From Phoronis australis (lineage: Eukaryota > Animalia > Phoronida), in the NCBI GenBank assembly GCA_002633005.1, contig NMRA01000052.1:274613-338612 (forward strand): a DNA stretch of 64,000 nucleotides, read 5' to 3'. The notes below the pieces were generated by a model that had not been told where the DNA came from, made no database searches, and worked only from the letters and a program-made list of their open reading frames with translations. Position numbers and translations under genes: made by a program. Numbering within the stretch: the first letter of the stretch is position 1; every line of letters begins with the position of its first letter. Below are positions 1 through 12,238 of the stretch, piece by piece.

Positions 1-1548
1 TCATTTTACAAGCAGGATCCTTACTTAAAGACTGGAATGGTTTAATTACAGAGACATGAAAATCTTTTATATTGACTGTACTATCTTGTATTCTGACCCA
101 TTGAGTGGAGCAAATTTCCCAGAACTTGAAATTGACAGGCTTTGCAAACTTTTGTTTGAGGTCTTCAAAAATGTTTGTGGTCTATCGTGTGTTAACGGGA
201 TGTTCTTATTTGACTTAAAGACACTGGCTAAAATTAACATGTCAGCCATACACCCACAAAAAGCATATTCTGGAATGCAGTCAAGTCAATACAAAGGTCC
301 AGTCTTATGACACAGTCTCCGAGCAGCCATTAGGGAGTGTGTTGATCCAAATGTCTCACTGGTATTTGTTTTTTTATTGTCTACTTTGTCAATTGCTATT
401 TTATAGACTGCAAAACGAGACTGTGGTCCATGCTTACTGTTTTTAAAATTGACTTTGATTACATATTGACTTGACTTGACCACAAGCAGAGACATCAAAT
501 ATTCGGCAAAAGCAACTATCAGGCAAATTGGGGTGTAACTTGGTGACAAAAACTAATGAGTAATGATTTCCGTGTGACTCACAACAAAAGCGATAGTGTA
601 AGAGAAATGTAGAGCAAAGCGTGCGTTAGAAAGCTTGCACAGTGCTCACTAACTCAGCTGTGTATAGTGAACCGACTATTTGATCGACTCAACATACCTC
701 TTGCATACGCAAAACAACAGGCATCTTGCTTTCTGCGCAAGCCGATACAAAGTTGTCAGGAAGAAGTTCGCCTTTCGTCAAAAAGTTATCCGCCTTCCCC
801 TGGAATTGGAAAAACAATAAAATGAGTATGTACACAATAATTTCACATCATTTGTGAATTAACCAACAACACAAGAACAGACGGACTTCATAACAAAAAG
901 AAGTACTTCCTGTTTCTCCTTTTTTTTGCTTCAATCTTCAGGTAAAACGCGACACTGTAACTTTCGATCAATTTTCCAAGTAGTTTAGATTTGTGCCTGG
1001 ATTAAGTAGGTCACAAAACCTCATTTAAAGAACTTTAAACAACCGACTGTAGATGACAGAATTGTGACATATCATTGATGGGCAACAAATGAGTGAAGTC
1101 ACTGGATTCCATAATGAGTTTTGACGTTACCTGCGACTAGTAATTTTTAGGACAATACAGTGCACAAAATCGAAATCCCAACCAGCAGAATATACCAACC
1201 TGATCAATCAATATCTGACTTGGCGGACCCTGGTACTTTCGCACTAAGTGGCAAGCGTCATACTCCTGAAAGACGATTTGTAGGAAATTCGATCATACAA
1301 AATGAGCACGTCTGCGCAAGGAACGTGACAGCTACGCCAACAGGTAAAACTTGCCGAGACCAACTCAGTAAAAGTGAGAGGTTGACTGGAAGCACGTAAC
1401 AAACCAGCCAGCATGAATTTTGTCCCTCTTGTAATTTTTGGCCACAAAACCCACCCTAGTAGAGTGGGGTTGTCCATGGCATAGGCTTTATCATTGAACA
1501 GGCACCCTGTATACCAACACATTGTATTACAGTGCAGTCAAACCTCAC

Positions 1549-1702
1549 CTTCCACGAGTCCTTGTCTTCACCCAGGTAACCGGTGAACGCCTTCTGGCCC
1601 CAGGGACACTCCACGGGGTTACAAATGGGCGAAAAGGCCGATACTGACCTGTACTTGCCGGGATTCTTCAAGAACAGGGTCAGAGCGCCGTGACCACCCA
1701 TA
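1549..1702 (-). CDS. ESD: ESD coding exon 6
   Basis: [51 protein letters not shown]; donor GTGAGG. Confidence 0.96.
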
Positions 1703-4700
1703 CTGGAAAATAATGTAAAATAAACAAAGACTGGGTTTACGTGATTCAATTTTATCACAAAAAAGGTTCCAGGTGATCAGTGCAACGGGCCCACCTAAGT
1801 GACCTGTGCAAGTCTGGTACAACGTCTACTGTGTTGCTCGCATCTAATTTTTTTTGGACACGATTATCTCCATCCTTGCATCGACATCAATACATATAAG
1901 CTCACTTGCTACGTTCTCATGATAGACATAGCTTTACATATCCCAGACAAACTGGTAGTAAGGAACAACAGAGCTATCATGAACTGCAGGCATGCATCTA
2001 ATATCCACAGTCACTCATAAAATATTTGTGGCAAGACATCTTGACTTATGCAATGAAAACGGCGAGCAGCATTGCACATTCATGCACACAAACAGGCTCA
2101 AATGAGCCCCCCCCACATTGGCGAAGTGGGCAAAAAGGTCCGCCTAAGAGAGACAAAAAGTCCGAGAAAATGAGGCATAAGTCTATTAAACATGCGCTAA
2201 CGCGCAATTCACAGTGGTGGTCCCGTTTTTATTAGTCCGCCCGCTTTTTTGTTACCAATAGGTCCACAAAATCAGGAATTCGAGCCCCCCCAATATTGAA
2301 GGCTGGGTGCGCGCACATGACGTTTATACCTAACTCACTCCCACAATGTAACATCCTATCCAATCACTTTTCAGTGATGTTCATTTTGCCCGTGCAGCGA
2401 CGAGACTCGCAAAATGGCACCAAATGCATTACACTAACACCAACTTGCAAAACACTCCTACAATTGAATACACTTCAGTTTTCTACAAGTAGAACACTTA
2501 CTAGTTGATGGTTGACTATACCTGTGCCCAGATAAAGACTGTCTGTCAGGATCAGCTGGAAAGTTGGAGTTGATCAATTTTGGTAGCTGTGAAATACACA
2601 AAGAAGTTCAACTTTAATTGACCTATCGCAAACTCCGCCCCCTTGCGAAATGTCGACAAACAAACAATAAATTTTACTCAGTAATGTGCTGATTGTCGGG
2701 TGAAATGGCAGCTTGGAAACGAAGGTGTGTCAAGAATGTTGCATTCTAATTGGTCAGCTCAGCTGTCATTCAAAATCCTGGATATAGGTCAATTAACACA
2801 AATTAAACAGCAACAGCTTACCTCCATGTCAAATTATATGTTGTCCGTATTATCATCCTTCAGACTTTTTTAAAGCTACACACACCGATAGTATCATAAT
2901 GTCAAATATTACCAATTTCAGACTGGAACAAATCTTTTAAGTTTGCATCCCAAAGTACAACAGCAGAGTTAATCAATAAACCCTTCTCACTGCAGCGTAA
3001 CCAGGGAAGTGTTAAATTACCATTCTGAAAAACCTCTATGGTCTCTTTACAGCCGGCTTGACAATCACAATTGTTGCAAGATATGTTTATTCGGTATAAA
3101 ACCTATTCAGATATAGGACTTGTAGTGTATTGGTTGTTGTTGTGGACAATAGATGGCGCAGGAGTGCGAATAAAGATGGCAGCCTCCAGAGAGCGTGACT
3201 TTTCATCATCTATGTGATATCTTTTGTGGTTTGTTTATATCTATAATCTAGTTAACAAGATCAAGGTACCTAAACTACACGGTTAACGGACTCAAACATG
3301 GCCCACGGAAGCATGAACACGACTCACGGACCTGCAAACACCGTCCACTGACTCACAAACACGGGAACCGACTCGTAAAACACGATCCACGCACCCAAAT
3401 ACATGGGGCACGGACTCATATTCCCGAGGAAACACGGTTAATGGACCGCCAAACACGGTTTACGGACAAAATGTAGATGTCAGCTGACCCAGGAAGTCGA
3501 TGAGTCGGTGACCCGTGTTTGGTGGTCCATTAACCGTGTTTCCTCGTAAATATGAGCCCGTGTCCCGTGTATTTGGGTGCGTGGATCGTGTTTTGTGAGT
3601 CCGTTCCCGTGTTTGTGAGTCAGTGGACGGTGTTTGCAGGTCCGTGAGTCGTGTTCATGCGTCCGTGCCCGTGTTTATGAGTCCGTTGACCGTGCAGTTT
3701 AGGTACCTTGAAGATGATATAAAAATTAATATCTACAATTAAAATGACTTGACAAATTAATTTGACAGACGTCAGAATCGAGATTGTTCCACAGCAAGGC
3801 ACCAAAGTGGTAAAAGGTTTACCAAAATTAGTTCTTATTTATGGATATAAATATTGCCACTGTTACTAGACCTAGTATTTCTGTTGTGAACCTGGTTTAC
3901 AATTTCTGTGTGAAGACATACCAAACCTAACAAACAATGCCTAAACAATGTGCTGTACTACAGCATTTCAAACAGTACAAGACAAAGGTATTCACGCAAT
4001 TTTCCCGTCATGACGGCTGGACGGAAGCCACATTCAACGTCAGTGTAGTCTCCCCTCATGGCAGAGAATGAAGGGGAATTAACAGGAAACTTAGTGCGGT
4101 GGCTCAGACATTTTGTTATTAGAATTTTTCAGCCATAACAGTTATTGCCGGTCATTTTTTGCTGTTTACAGAAGTACAGCATGACATTTCTTTTGTCTGA
4201 TTACTTTTGACGACTTGTACTGTACTTTCGTGTTTCGTTTAGTCATATCTCTTGAATGTCAAACGTTTTTCCGAAGACACAAACGAAATGGAATAAAGAT
4301 AGTCAACAACAAAAAGTGTCGTGTCTTTAACAAGTTTCACTGTACTTTAGCAAATCAATGGTAACATGACGAATTTTACCAAGCACAGGTTGTTCCTCAA
4401 ACGCTCGATTTGATTTGTTGCTAAAAACTTGTACAACTAGCAGACGAATAGTATTGCATTGACAGTCATCCAATCCAAGCCACAGAACACTCTATAACCA
4501 CGTACCTCCTCAGTAACGTAGGCGTACATGCGATAGTTGGTCTTCCACTTATCCTGAGTGGCGTTCAGGTAAAACCCAGCGCCAGAGCCGAAATCATAAC
4601 TGTCATCTTCACCCTCAATGTTACACCCACCTGTCAAGATTAAAGCGTTACGACTCATCATTGAGACTTAAACTTCGCATTAGATACAGAAACTAACGGG

Positions 4701-7700
4701 TCACCCGAGTTGTTTTTGTTTTCACTTTCGTGTTTTTCGCACTCAACGCATACTGCAAGACAGTCAAACTTCCGCATGTTTTCCATGTGGTACACAGGTC
4801 TGCATTTATTATTCCAGGTTAAGTATGGCCTTCTTGCCTAATTTACTTGAATATTCTCACAAGTAGAACTGCGTAGAACCTCATACAAGGGACTTGAAGG
4901 TGTCTCATTCCGGAAAAAAATTGCGTCAGAGTCTGTTGAAGCTTTTGTGCAGGAGCACGGTAGAGTGTGTCACAATTTTGGCTAGAATAAGACAGTTCCG
5001 TTTGATGTAAGTTTCTCAAATGACTGGATTTATACTGAATGCATTGCACTTATAAACCCGCGATTAGACCAAGTAGAGAACTTTTTATTAACCGCTATAA
5101 AACTGGTTTAACTTGTTCTTTACTCAGAAGAAAAGTGATCCCAGGGTTTGCAAAGAGCTGACATTTCATCATTCCTCGGGACCATGCTCGGCCCACAAAA
5201 TAACATGGCGTGTCAAGCCAGCTTGTAGAGCCTGGCCTCAAGCAATCACTAATGTTGAGTTCTTTGGAAGTGCCGAAATCACCTCTAATTTAACTAACAA
5301 TAATTACTTCAAACCAATTTCATTCAGGTAAGTGGTCTAATTGAAGTATAATGAAAAGTAGGCTTTTAAACACTTAAATTATTGTGTTTTGGCACATAAC
5401 CAAGATGACATATAATGATTTCACCAGATATTTTGAGAAAGTGGGACCACAATAGGTAACTTATCAACCAGGCACTCACCCATGACTCTCCCAGTTCAAT
5501 TGTATCCAGATATTCCTCACTCAAATGCACAACTAAGATGTCATTTTAATGATGAAATACCTCCACTTATTCAAATGTTGATAAAGAACAAATACTCAAC
5601 CACTCATCACACCGATAGACATGCCAACATTGAAAAATTGGGCTCTAAGTAACACACAAATTTAATAACACATCTCGTGAAAGTAGAAACGGGGACCACC
5701 ACAACATTCATGCCCTCAAAGTATGAAGTACGATTTAACTTACGGGGACTGGTATCCGGACAGACAATCATGATACCTTCCTTGGCTGCGTGCTGCTGGG
5801 CCCCAGCTTTGGTGATAAAGTTCTGCTCAGTACATGTCAGACCTGAAAAAGTTTCAACAGTTTCTTCATAGGCAAAGCATTTCACTTTATTCACAGACAA
5901 CATTCTTACTGTTGCAGATGTTTTGCATTGCACTCTACAGTCCTTTGTCAATGGCGGATGAGTTGTTGACATTTCCCATCGTTCTGTGACCCGGAAGTAA
6001 TACAATGCCGTCACAAGAGGAAGTTCCTGGCTACCATTCATGTTAGGCTTAATGGTTTTGATAGAGTTGGCCTCTTTAACCTTTCTGGAGTACCAGTTTT
6101 CTTCAGCCGGGACCTTGGCATGATCACTGCACATGTCCGGAACAGCAAAAACGCAGTCTCTAAGAAACCTGAACTATTTTACCTGACCGCCACCAGAGAC
6201 GGTGAAAAAACTTTTTTCTATCAGTTACGTCATCGTTTAGATGCATGGACAACTAATCTAGCAAGTTCAACTCCCAATAACTTGAAGAAATATACAAGAC
6301 TAAAAAATTAAGATATTTCAGTGTTTGTTACAATACATTTTGAATCTAAAGAAAGGCAAGGTGATCTACCTAGGACAAAGGCAGTGCCGAAATGGGCGCA
6401 ACAAAGACTGAAGGGCAGTGGGGGAGACGGAATTCATGTCAACTTTCCGTTTTTATAATTGTAGATATTTACGTGCCATAACTTTCATTATGTAACCACC
6501 TTTTTAAGTCACACTTCAGTTTTAAGAAACATGCATTCATGTCAAAGTAACCTCTTGGTCGATCTTAATAAAACCCTTTTTAATTATAAGAAAACTTCAC
6601 AATTTACCTCAGAAACATTGTTATGAATTTTTTTTTTTTACTCATCTGGTATTGTTTCTATGCCAAATTAACTCGCAAAACTGCATTTTCTTACAAAAAT
6701 ACCAATCATATCCGTCTATCTTACGGTACGCAAAAGCTAGCGTGTTAGAGATTGATGAATAAATATGAAAATTGGAAAGTTTAAGTGAAATTCACGAAGA
6801 CATTTTCGAAAATTTGTGTTCCTAAGTTCAAATTAAGTCAATTTGCCAAAGCCGAAAACAAGTGGAAAACGTCACGATTCTTCAGAATCTGAGGGGAATT
6901 GCTTAATCATTAGGTGAAAACTTGTTTTGGTCAACATAACCTATACATGCCTTAAACATGTTCACTAATTCAACATTCCCTTGCTATGTCAAATGAGTTT
7001 GCAGTGCGTAATTAACTTAATTAACGTTTTAATTTTGTGAACGTGCCTCGAGTCAAACTAGGACAAAGGCAAGGTCAGTTAAGTGGGTCAACAGTTCATT
7101 GTGACACACACACACTATGCGCTGGGAGACTGAAACTAAGTACGAAACTAAGTTCGAAATGGACAACAGAAATCGACACAATGTCACAGAGGCGGTGTGG
7201 CAACTCCGACTTGGTGCATTCATTCTCAATGGTCGTATGCATACAGAAACACATCTCCTTCGGGATCAAAACTATGCTTTGTATTTGTTTTCCACGGCAT
7301 CTTTCTATGCTATGAGCACCTCATTGACTGATAATTATGGTGCCTCGGTGAATGAAATGAATGAAACTGCAAACGAAACTGCTCTATGCCTGGCGGAAGA
7401 TTTGATTTGAGTGACAACCTCAGGGTAAATAGTAAACAAATTTCCATGCGGTTGAAGGTGGTTCTGCTAAATCTTTTTTCTGCTAACATTGTTAATTTTT
7501 TGTATTTGAAGTTCCCCGAAAATGAAAATAATGTATTTTGCTCGAAACATAAAATAATGTAAAAATGGCCAATTTTTAAGAATAAAGTTTGAGATACCCT
7601 TAACATTGGGTCTATCCCTTTAACGTCGACAATAGCTTTTCACAACCTATCAATTCTCAAACAACATGCTTAAATTATGGGAGAAATGGACTTCAACTCC

Positions 7701-9302
7701 GGATCTGGAGGACGTCTCCCAACCCACCCCCTTCCCGGCTAGGATCTATCCACCCCACCAAGTATCTCGTTGATCAACAACAATAACACAAGCAACTACC
7801 TGACAGCCAGTACAACACAGGCACCTTGACGTCCTCAGCTTGCGGTGGCAAATAAACAGCAAACTTCATGTCGCATTTCAACTCCGAGCTGAAACAAAAG
7901 GACAGTAATTACTTACGCTTTCCTAACTGTGCTCAACTCGGACCTAAAATAAAACAAGAACATCACAACACTCCTTTACAACCGAGGTTGCCATATCTCA
8001 TCTGTAAAGCAGTTAAATAGACAGCATGCATGAATCTGTTGTGCGCGAACTTGGTATACTACTTAATCTCAAGATGGCATATGTGAGAACTTGGAATGCA
8101 CGAGAAAACGTGGTAAGTTTACTCGAATAATCACGTTCACGTTGATAAAAATTCGACACCCTAATTAAAAGTAAATTACAAACTAAAAAATTTTGACCAA
8201 CCTTTATTGGCTTTTTTCAACTATTGGCTATCTTATTAAAAAACAGCAACTAATTAACTATTCACATTTATCTGTCTATTTCTCTGACAAGTTTCAGTAA
8301 AGGGAAAATAGGTGAGCGAGAGGTTCAAAATTATAACAATTCTTTACACCGAACAAAATATTTCATCAATTTACCTTAAAAGTTACTGAATACTAAATTC
8401 CAACCTCAAATATACGCGATCTTGAGATTACGCAGGATTCCAAGTTCACACACAACAAATCAACTCTGTAGCTAAATCAAGTGGGACATTTTTCTTTTAA
8501 AGCGATAATATGAACGCCATGTCACAAACTGGTTCTGCCACCTTTGCCACTGATTCTCTTAGCACAGTAGATATTCTCCAGTTTGAGATAATCGCTAAAT
8601 TTTTGGGATACCGAAATTCAACAAGCAAAAGTAGAATATTCTTGGTTCTGAAGATTCTGGAGTTCATCCTAATTCTCAAATACAGGACACTGCATTTTTC
8701 TATCAACAGAGGCTGAAAATAGAATAAATTATTTGGCAGTTCATAAAATCGTTGAAAACGGCTCCTGCTGCAACATTTTTATGCACCCCCATGATATCCA
8801 ACATCGAGTTGAATATCGTTTAGTTGAACGTAGTTCTTGAATCAGAAACAGCCAACATTGTCTATTTTTAAAATTTGGTACATACGTAAATTTTCATTGT
8901 ACTATACCACACAGGGAATTTTTACCAGTTTGCATCAAAAGGTTGCCACCTGCAACATTCTGACAATGATCATGCTCTAGGTTGCTCAACAGTGCTTTCG
9001 CTCCTTCTATGAATTCAGCAAAATTATAATTTTCCGAAGTCTACTTTATCGAGAAGCATAAGGTGATCAAAAATCAAATAAAACCTCAGCGAATGAAATA
9101 AGCACAATAACACAAGGTGCGTTCATAAAAACTTGCAAACACCAAGATGCGAAATGGTGAAAAGGCAATGATGACGTTTTTTAAAAATACTAGAACATTA
9201 ACCGCAGGGATTGTTTTAATCAAACACATACCTGGTATGGCTGAAGACTTTCTGCCAACCACCAAACATCTTATTCTTTGAAACTTCTGTGACTCCTGCC
9301 AT
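1549..9302 (-). CDS. ESD: S-formylglutathione hydrolase / esterase D, 3'-partial (gene continues off the left edge)
   Basis: join(9302..9232,7888..7800,5842..5744,4630..4506,2586..2522,1702..1549), all GT-AG and in phase. Translation [109 protein letters not shown] matches the ESD/FrmB family, including the GxSxG motif. Confidence 0.97.
2522..2586 (-). CDS. ESD: ESD coding exon 5
   Basis: [21 protein letters not shown] plus AG of the catalytic Ser codon; 65 nt. Confidence 0.94.
2616..2794. mobile_element. MITE family A copy 1 (TIR AATTGACCTAT)
   Basis: aattgacctat...ataggtcaatt; near-identical copy at 41807-41985 and internally deleted copy at 15055-15128. Confidence 0.85.
3262..3710. mobile_element. 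Foldback element with ~200-bp inverted arms and 5-bp flanking direct repeat AAGAT
   Basis: caaggtacctaaact... and ...agtttaggtaccttg; arms about 3262-3458 and 3512-3710; AAGAT at 3257-3261 and 3711-3715. Confidence 0.88.
4506..4630 (-). CDS. ESD: ESD coding exon 4
   Basis: [41 protein letters not shown]; 125 nt. Confidence 0.96.
5744..5842 (-). CDS. ESD: ESD coding exon 3
   Basis: [33 protein letters not shown]; 99 nt; donor GTAAGT. Confidence 0.96.
5880..6130 (-). mobile_element. Penelope-like retroelement 3' remnant (GIY-YIG C-terminus)
   Basis: [28 protein letters not shown] resembles the PLE endonuclease ending E..W..R..KEA..I....P..N. Confidence 0.62.
7800..7888 (-). CDS. ESD: ESD coding exon 2
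   Basis: [29 protein letters not shown]; 89 nt; AG/GT boundaries. Confidence 0.95.
8035..8460. mobile_element. Degenerate MITE with ~65-bp inverted ends
   Basis: tgttgtgcgcgaacttgg..taatctcaagat..ttggaat is mirrored by attccaa..atcttgagatta..ccaagttcacacacaaca. Confidence 0.6.
9232..9302 (-). CDS. ESD: ESD coding exon 1
   Basis: ATG at 9302; [23 protein letters not shown]; donor GTATGT; upstream acceptor at 9320 implies a 5' UTR intron. Confidence 0.93.
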
Positions 9303-10361
9303 TTTTGTACTGAATGAACCTGTAAAAACAATTTTTGAATTAACCTGGTTCGAATTGCGGGTACTGGTGCTAATGTAGCTATACTCTGATGTCTGTATGT
9401 TGTTATTATAATAGTTATGAGTGACGGTAACACATGTAGTATTCTTACTCCGTCCGAGAAATCTACCTACGTTGTGCATAATTTCATCATTTGCACCAAC
9501 TGGTGAATTTATTTCATTCACATTAAGATGCATGCATTTGTGCGTGAATGAAAACCAGTGTATTATGTTTATATTTAATAAATAAAGCAAAAACTTATAA
9601 TTTGCAAAAAGTAATTGCTAAAATAAAATCCAAGTAAACCATGTGTCAAGAAATGGATTACCTGATGAACCATACATTAATAAAATAATCACAAAACTAT
9701 GATTATTTGCCCATCAGTATATTGTCATAAATATACACAAGTAGGCAACACATACCCCCTCGACTGATTGGCGAGATGCTACAACACTCCCCCACCAGTT
9801 TCTGTTCTAATTTCATCCAGTCTATATTAAACGGATGATCTAGTCATCGAATAACAGGATTTCACCACATCAAAAATACATTTTCTACTAAAAATTGTCA
9901 CTAGTAAAAAAGGTTCTTCACCAATCCTTTCTGGTTATATGCAACATCCTCGATGAAGCATGTCTATGGGAATTCAAATGATTTTGGTGAAGAATTCAAT
10001 CTCCACTTTTTGATCACTGTAAACTTTTTACCAAGCACAATAACTATTAAAGTAGGTCGATTGACATCTCGCAAGTAAGACCATAACAAGACATTGAGCA
10101 GAGCACATGACCCGGCAGCTGACACTTGTACAAAGTACCATAGCTTGGGACGATATCTGGAAAAACTTGTGAGATTATTTGTATCCCTTGCAGTAGGTTT
10201 TTGTTCGTCAATTGGTGTAACTTCATGTAACTTTTTCAAAACGACACCCAGCAATGGAAGCTAGAGTGTAACTCGACAGACTACGTTGAAATTATGGAGA
10301 CTATATTGTTTTCTGTAGTGACAACTGACTTACTAAGTCGCTTGCCAAGCGGCAGTTGCCT

Positions 10362-10560
10362 ATTGGTTGAATGGTTTAGATGCTTGGGTCTGACACATAC
10401 AACCCGGGTTCAAGTCCCGATATCAAAGAAATTTTCTACCTTACTGAGTCATGGCATTAATCATGACCTGATAACTTAATGTGTATTATATGTGCAGTCG
10501 AAGAAATTTCTACACTCCTCAGTCATGGTGTTAATCATAATCTGATAACTTAATGTGTAC
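10362..10560 (+). mobile_element. tRNA-derived SINE-like head followed by a ~60-bp duplicated segment
   Basis: A-box TGGTTGAATGG (10364) and B-box GGTTCAAGTCC (10407); duplicated aagaaattt(t)ctac..agtcatgg..ttaatcat..ctgataacttaatgtgta. Confidence 0.5.
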
Positions 10561-10859
10561 AAAATGCATGTTTCATTCAGTGTTATTCACTTTTTTCAAT
10601 CGAGTAACTCAAGTTTTGATGTATGGTATTGCCTGTGGATGCCGCTAGCAGTTTCGCTATATTATATCATACTCTACAATCAATCAGACTCGGAAGTCGC
10701 GTGCCACATCAGAAAAACACTTAACAATATTAACTGCATGGCTCAGACAAGCAAGTTTTGTCACAGAGTACACATGCCAGACTGAGGCATCAGCACAGCA
10801 TGGCAGCATCCATTATTGCCTTGCCCTTGGCTTGGATGCAACAAGAGCAGGCTACAAGT

Positions 10860-11360
10860 TAGCCTTGGTACAAAGCTGTATACCAAATATACAGCTTTGC
10901 ACCGATGTGGGTAAAAAGTGGTAAGATAAAATCTGACACAAAATTAGTGTCACTGAAAACTACAGTCTTCCTTGAGTAAACTAGATTATTTAACGGTGTT
11001 GGAAAAAATGGCGTTCTATCGTTATTCTGCTGCTAAAATTGTCGAGTGACCTTTAGCAACGGCTTTCCGTGCCATGAAATATTGCGTCATCTATTGGACA
11101 GTTTCTTTTTTCGCCGATTCTTATGCAATCAATCGTTGTTCTTTCACGAGGTTGCGTACACATCATAACAAATTATCGGAACTGGTTTCACTTCATTATA
11201 AGTTTTCAGACACTGTTAAATAACTTTGTTTACTCAAGGAAGACTGTAGTTTTTAATGACACTAATTTTGTGTCAGATTTTATCTTACCAATTTTTTACC
11301 CACATTGGTCATTGATGCAAAGGCTGCAAAGCAGTACAGCTTTGTTCCAATCCAAGGCTA
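10860..11360. mobile_element. Foldback DNA element with ~140-bp inverted arms and 9-bp TSD
   Basis: gctacaagt|tagccttgg ... ccaaggcta|gctacaagt; arm cores 10904-11003 and 11206-11308 are reverse complements. Confidence 0.82.
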
Positions 11361-11548
11361 GCTACAAGTTAGAACAGCCCTGTTGTAACACTTGTTGATC
11401 GTAGTATACGGGTGGGTTATTACATTTCGACCACTTGTAATGCAAAAATAACTAATGAGCTATGAACTGATAAATTGCAAAAGCTGTGTTCGAAAAACTT
11501 GCCGAGAAATACCTTCCAGTGCCTTATAATAACCTTTCAACTCCGATT

Positions 11549-12110
11549 ACCTAACAACTCCTGCGCCGGTAAAAAGGGAAGTTCAAACGCTGAAGAAACT
11601 TGAAGAAGTAATCCACAAATTAACATACATTTTTGTTACCCCAAATGTTTGCTTCATTTTTATACATACTTCTCAATCAATTTAACAGCTTTTGATAGCT
11701 ATTGTTTGGTATTATACGTGAAAGCTGCAAGTACTAGACAAAAGTAGTACTACTTCGTATGAACATGGACATTAGTTTGCAACGATTCCTGTAGGCGGGA
11801 TGAAAGCGCTGTTGTTGACCTCTGTTGACAAATGACTGTTCAGTGAGCACTGAAGCACAGCATATGTTCACTAAATACGGGTTGCTACTGGCTTATTTCC
11901 GTAAAGTGTGGTCGTTTTCAATGTTACATCATCGTTGTTAACTCCGTACATAGTTGGAAACGATGGGCATTCGGTCGGGGTTATTGACTTGGTGTAGGTG
12001 TACGGCCTGCTTGCACGACCCGAGTTTTATGCCAATGGACAAGGGTCACGGAAGCCCTAGTGTAGACCAAGACAAGGGAATGCTATTCGTATATTTACAG
12101 TGTTGTAAGT
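11549..12110. promoter_or_regulatory. Candidate bidirectional promoter and first non-coding exons of ESD (-) and the permease (+)
   Basis: Outward-facing donors: minus AG|GTAATC at 11550 and plus TT|GTAAGT at 12105; both first coding exons are preceded by acceptors (9320, 13660). Confidence 0.4.
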
Positions 12111-12238
12111 ACTTCTATTTCCATGACATTTTAGTTTATCTTCAGTTGAATAAGTTTTAAGTGTAGTGAAGCTAGGTGTGTTTTGACCTGAGGTCATACA
12201 CCGCTATCTAGCTAGTCTTAATATATATATATAATGAC

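Noticed and set aside
1-1500. Remaining ESD exons (YDA.., DQG..D.FL, YDHSY)
   Set aside because: Not found on the minus strand; they presumably lie left of the window, so ESD is partial, not a pseudogene.
3262-3710. RAG/Transib transposon end
   Set aside because: 5-bp TSD fits, but there is no CAC-starting RSS-like heptamer/nonamer and no RAG-like coding sequence in the window.
5607-6134. 175-aa ORF as one protein
   Set aside because: Chance fusion of a Penelope remnant, intron sequence and ESD exon 3.
10362-10420. Functional tRNA gene
   Set aside because: A and B boxes are present but I cannot fold an acceptor or anticodon stem; treated as SINE-like.
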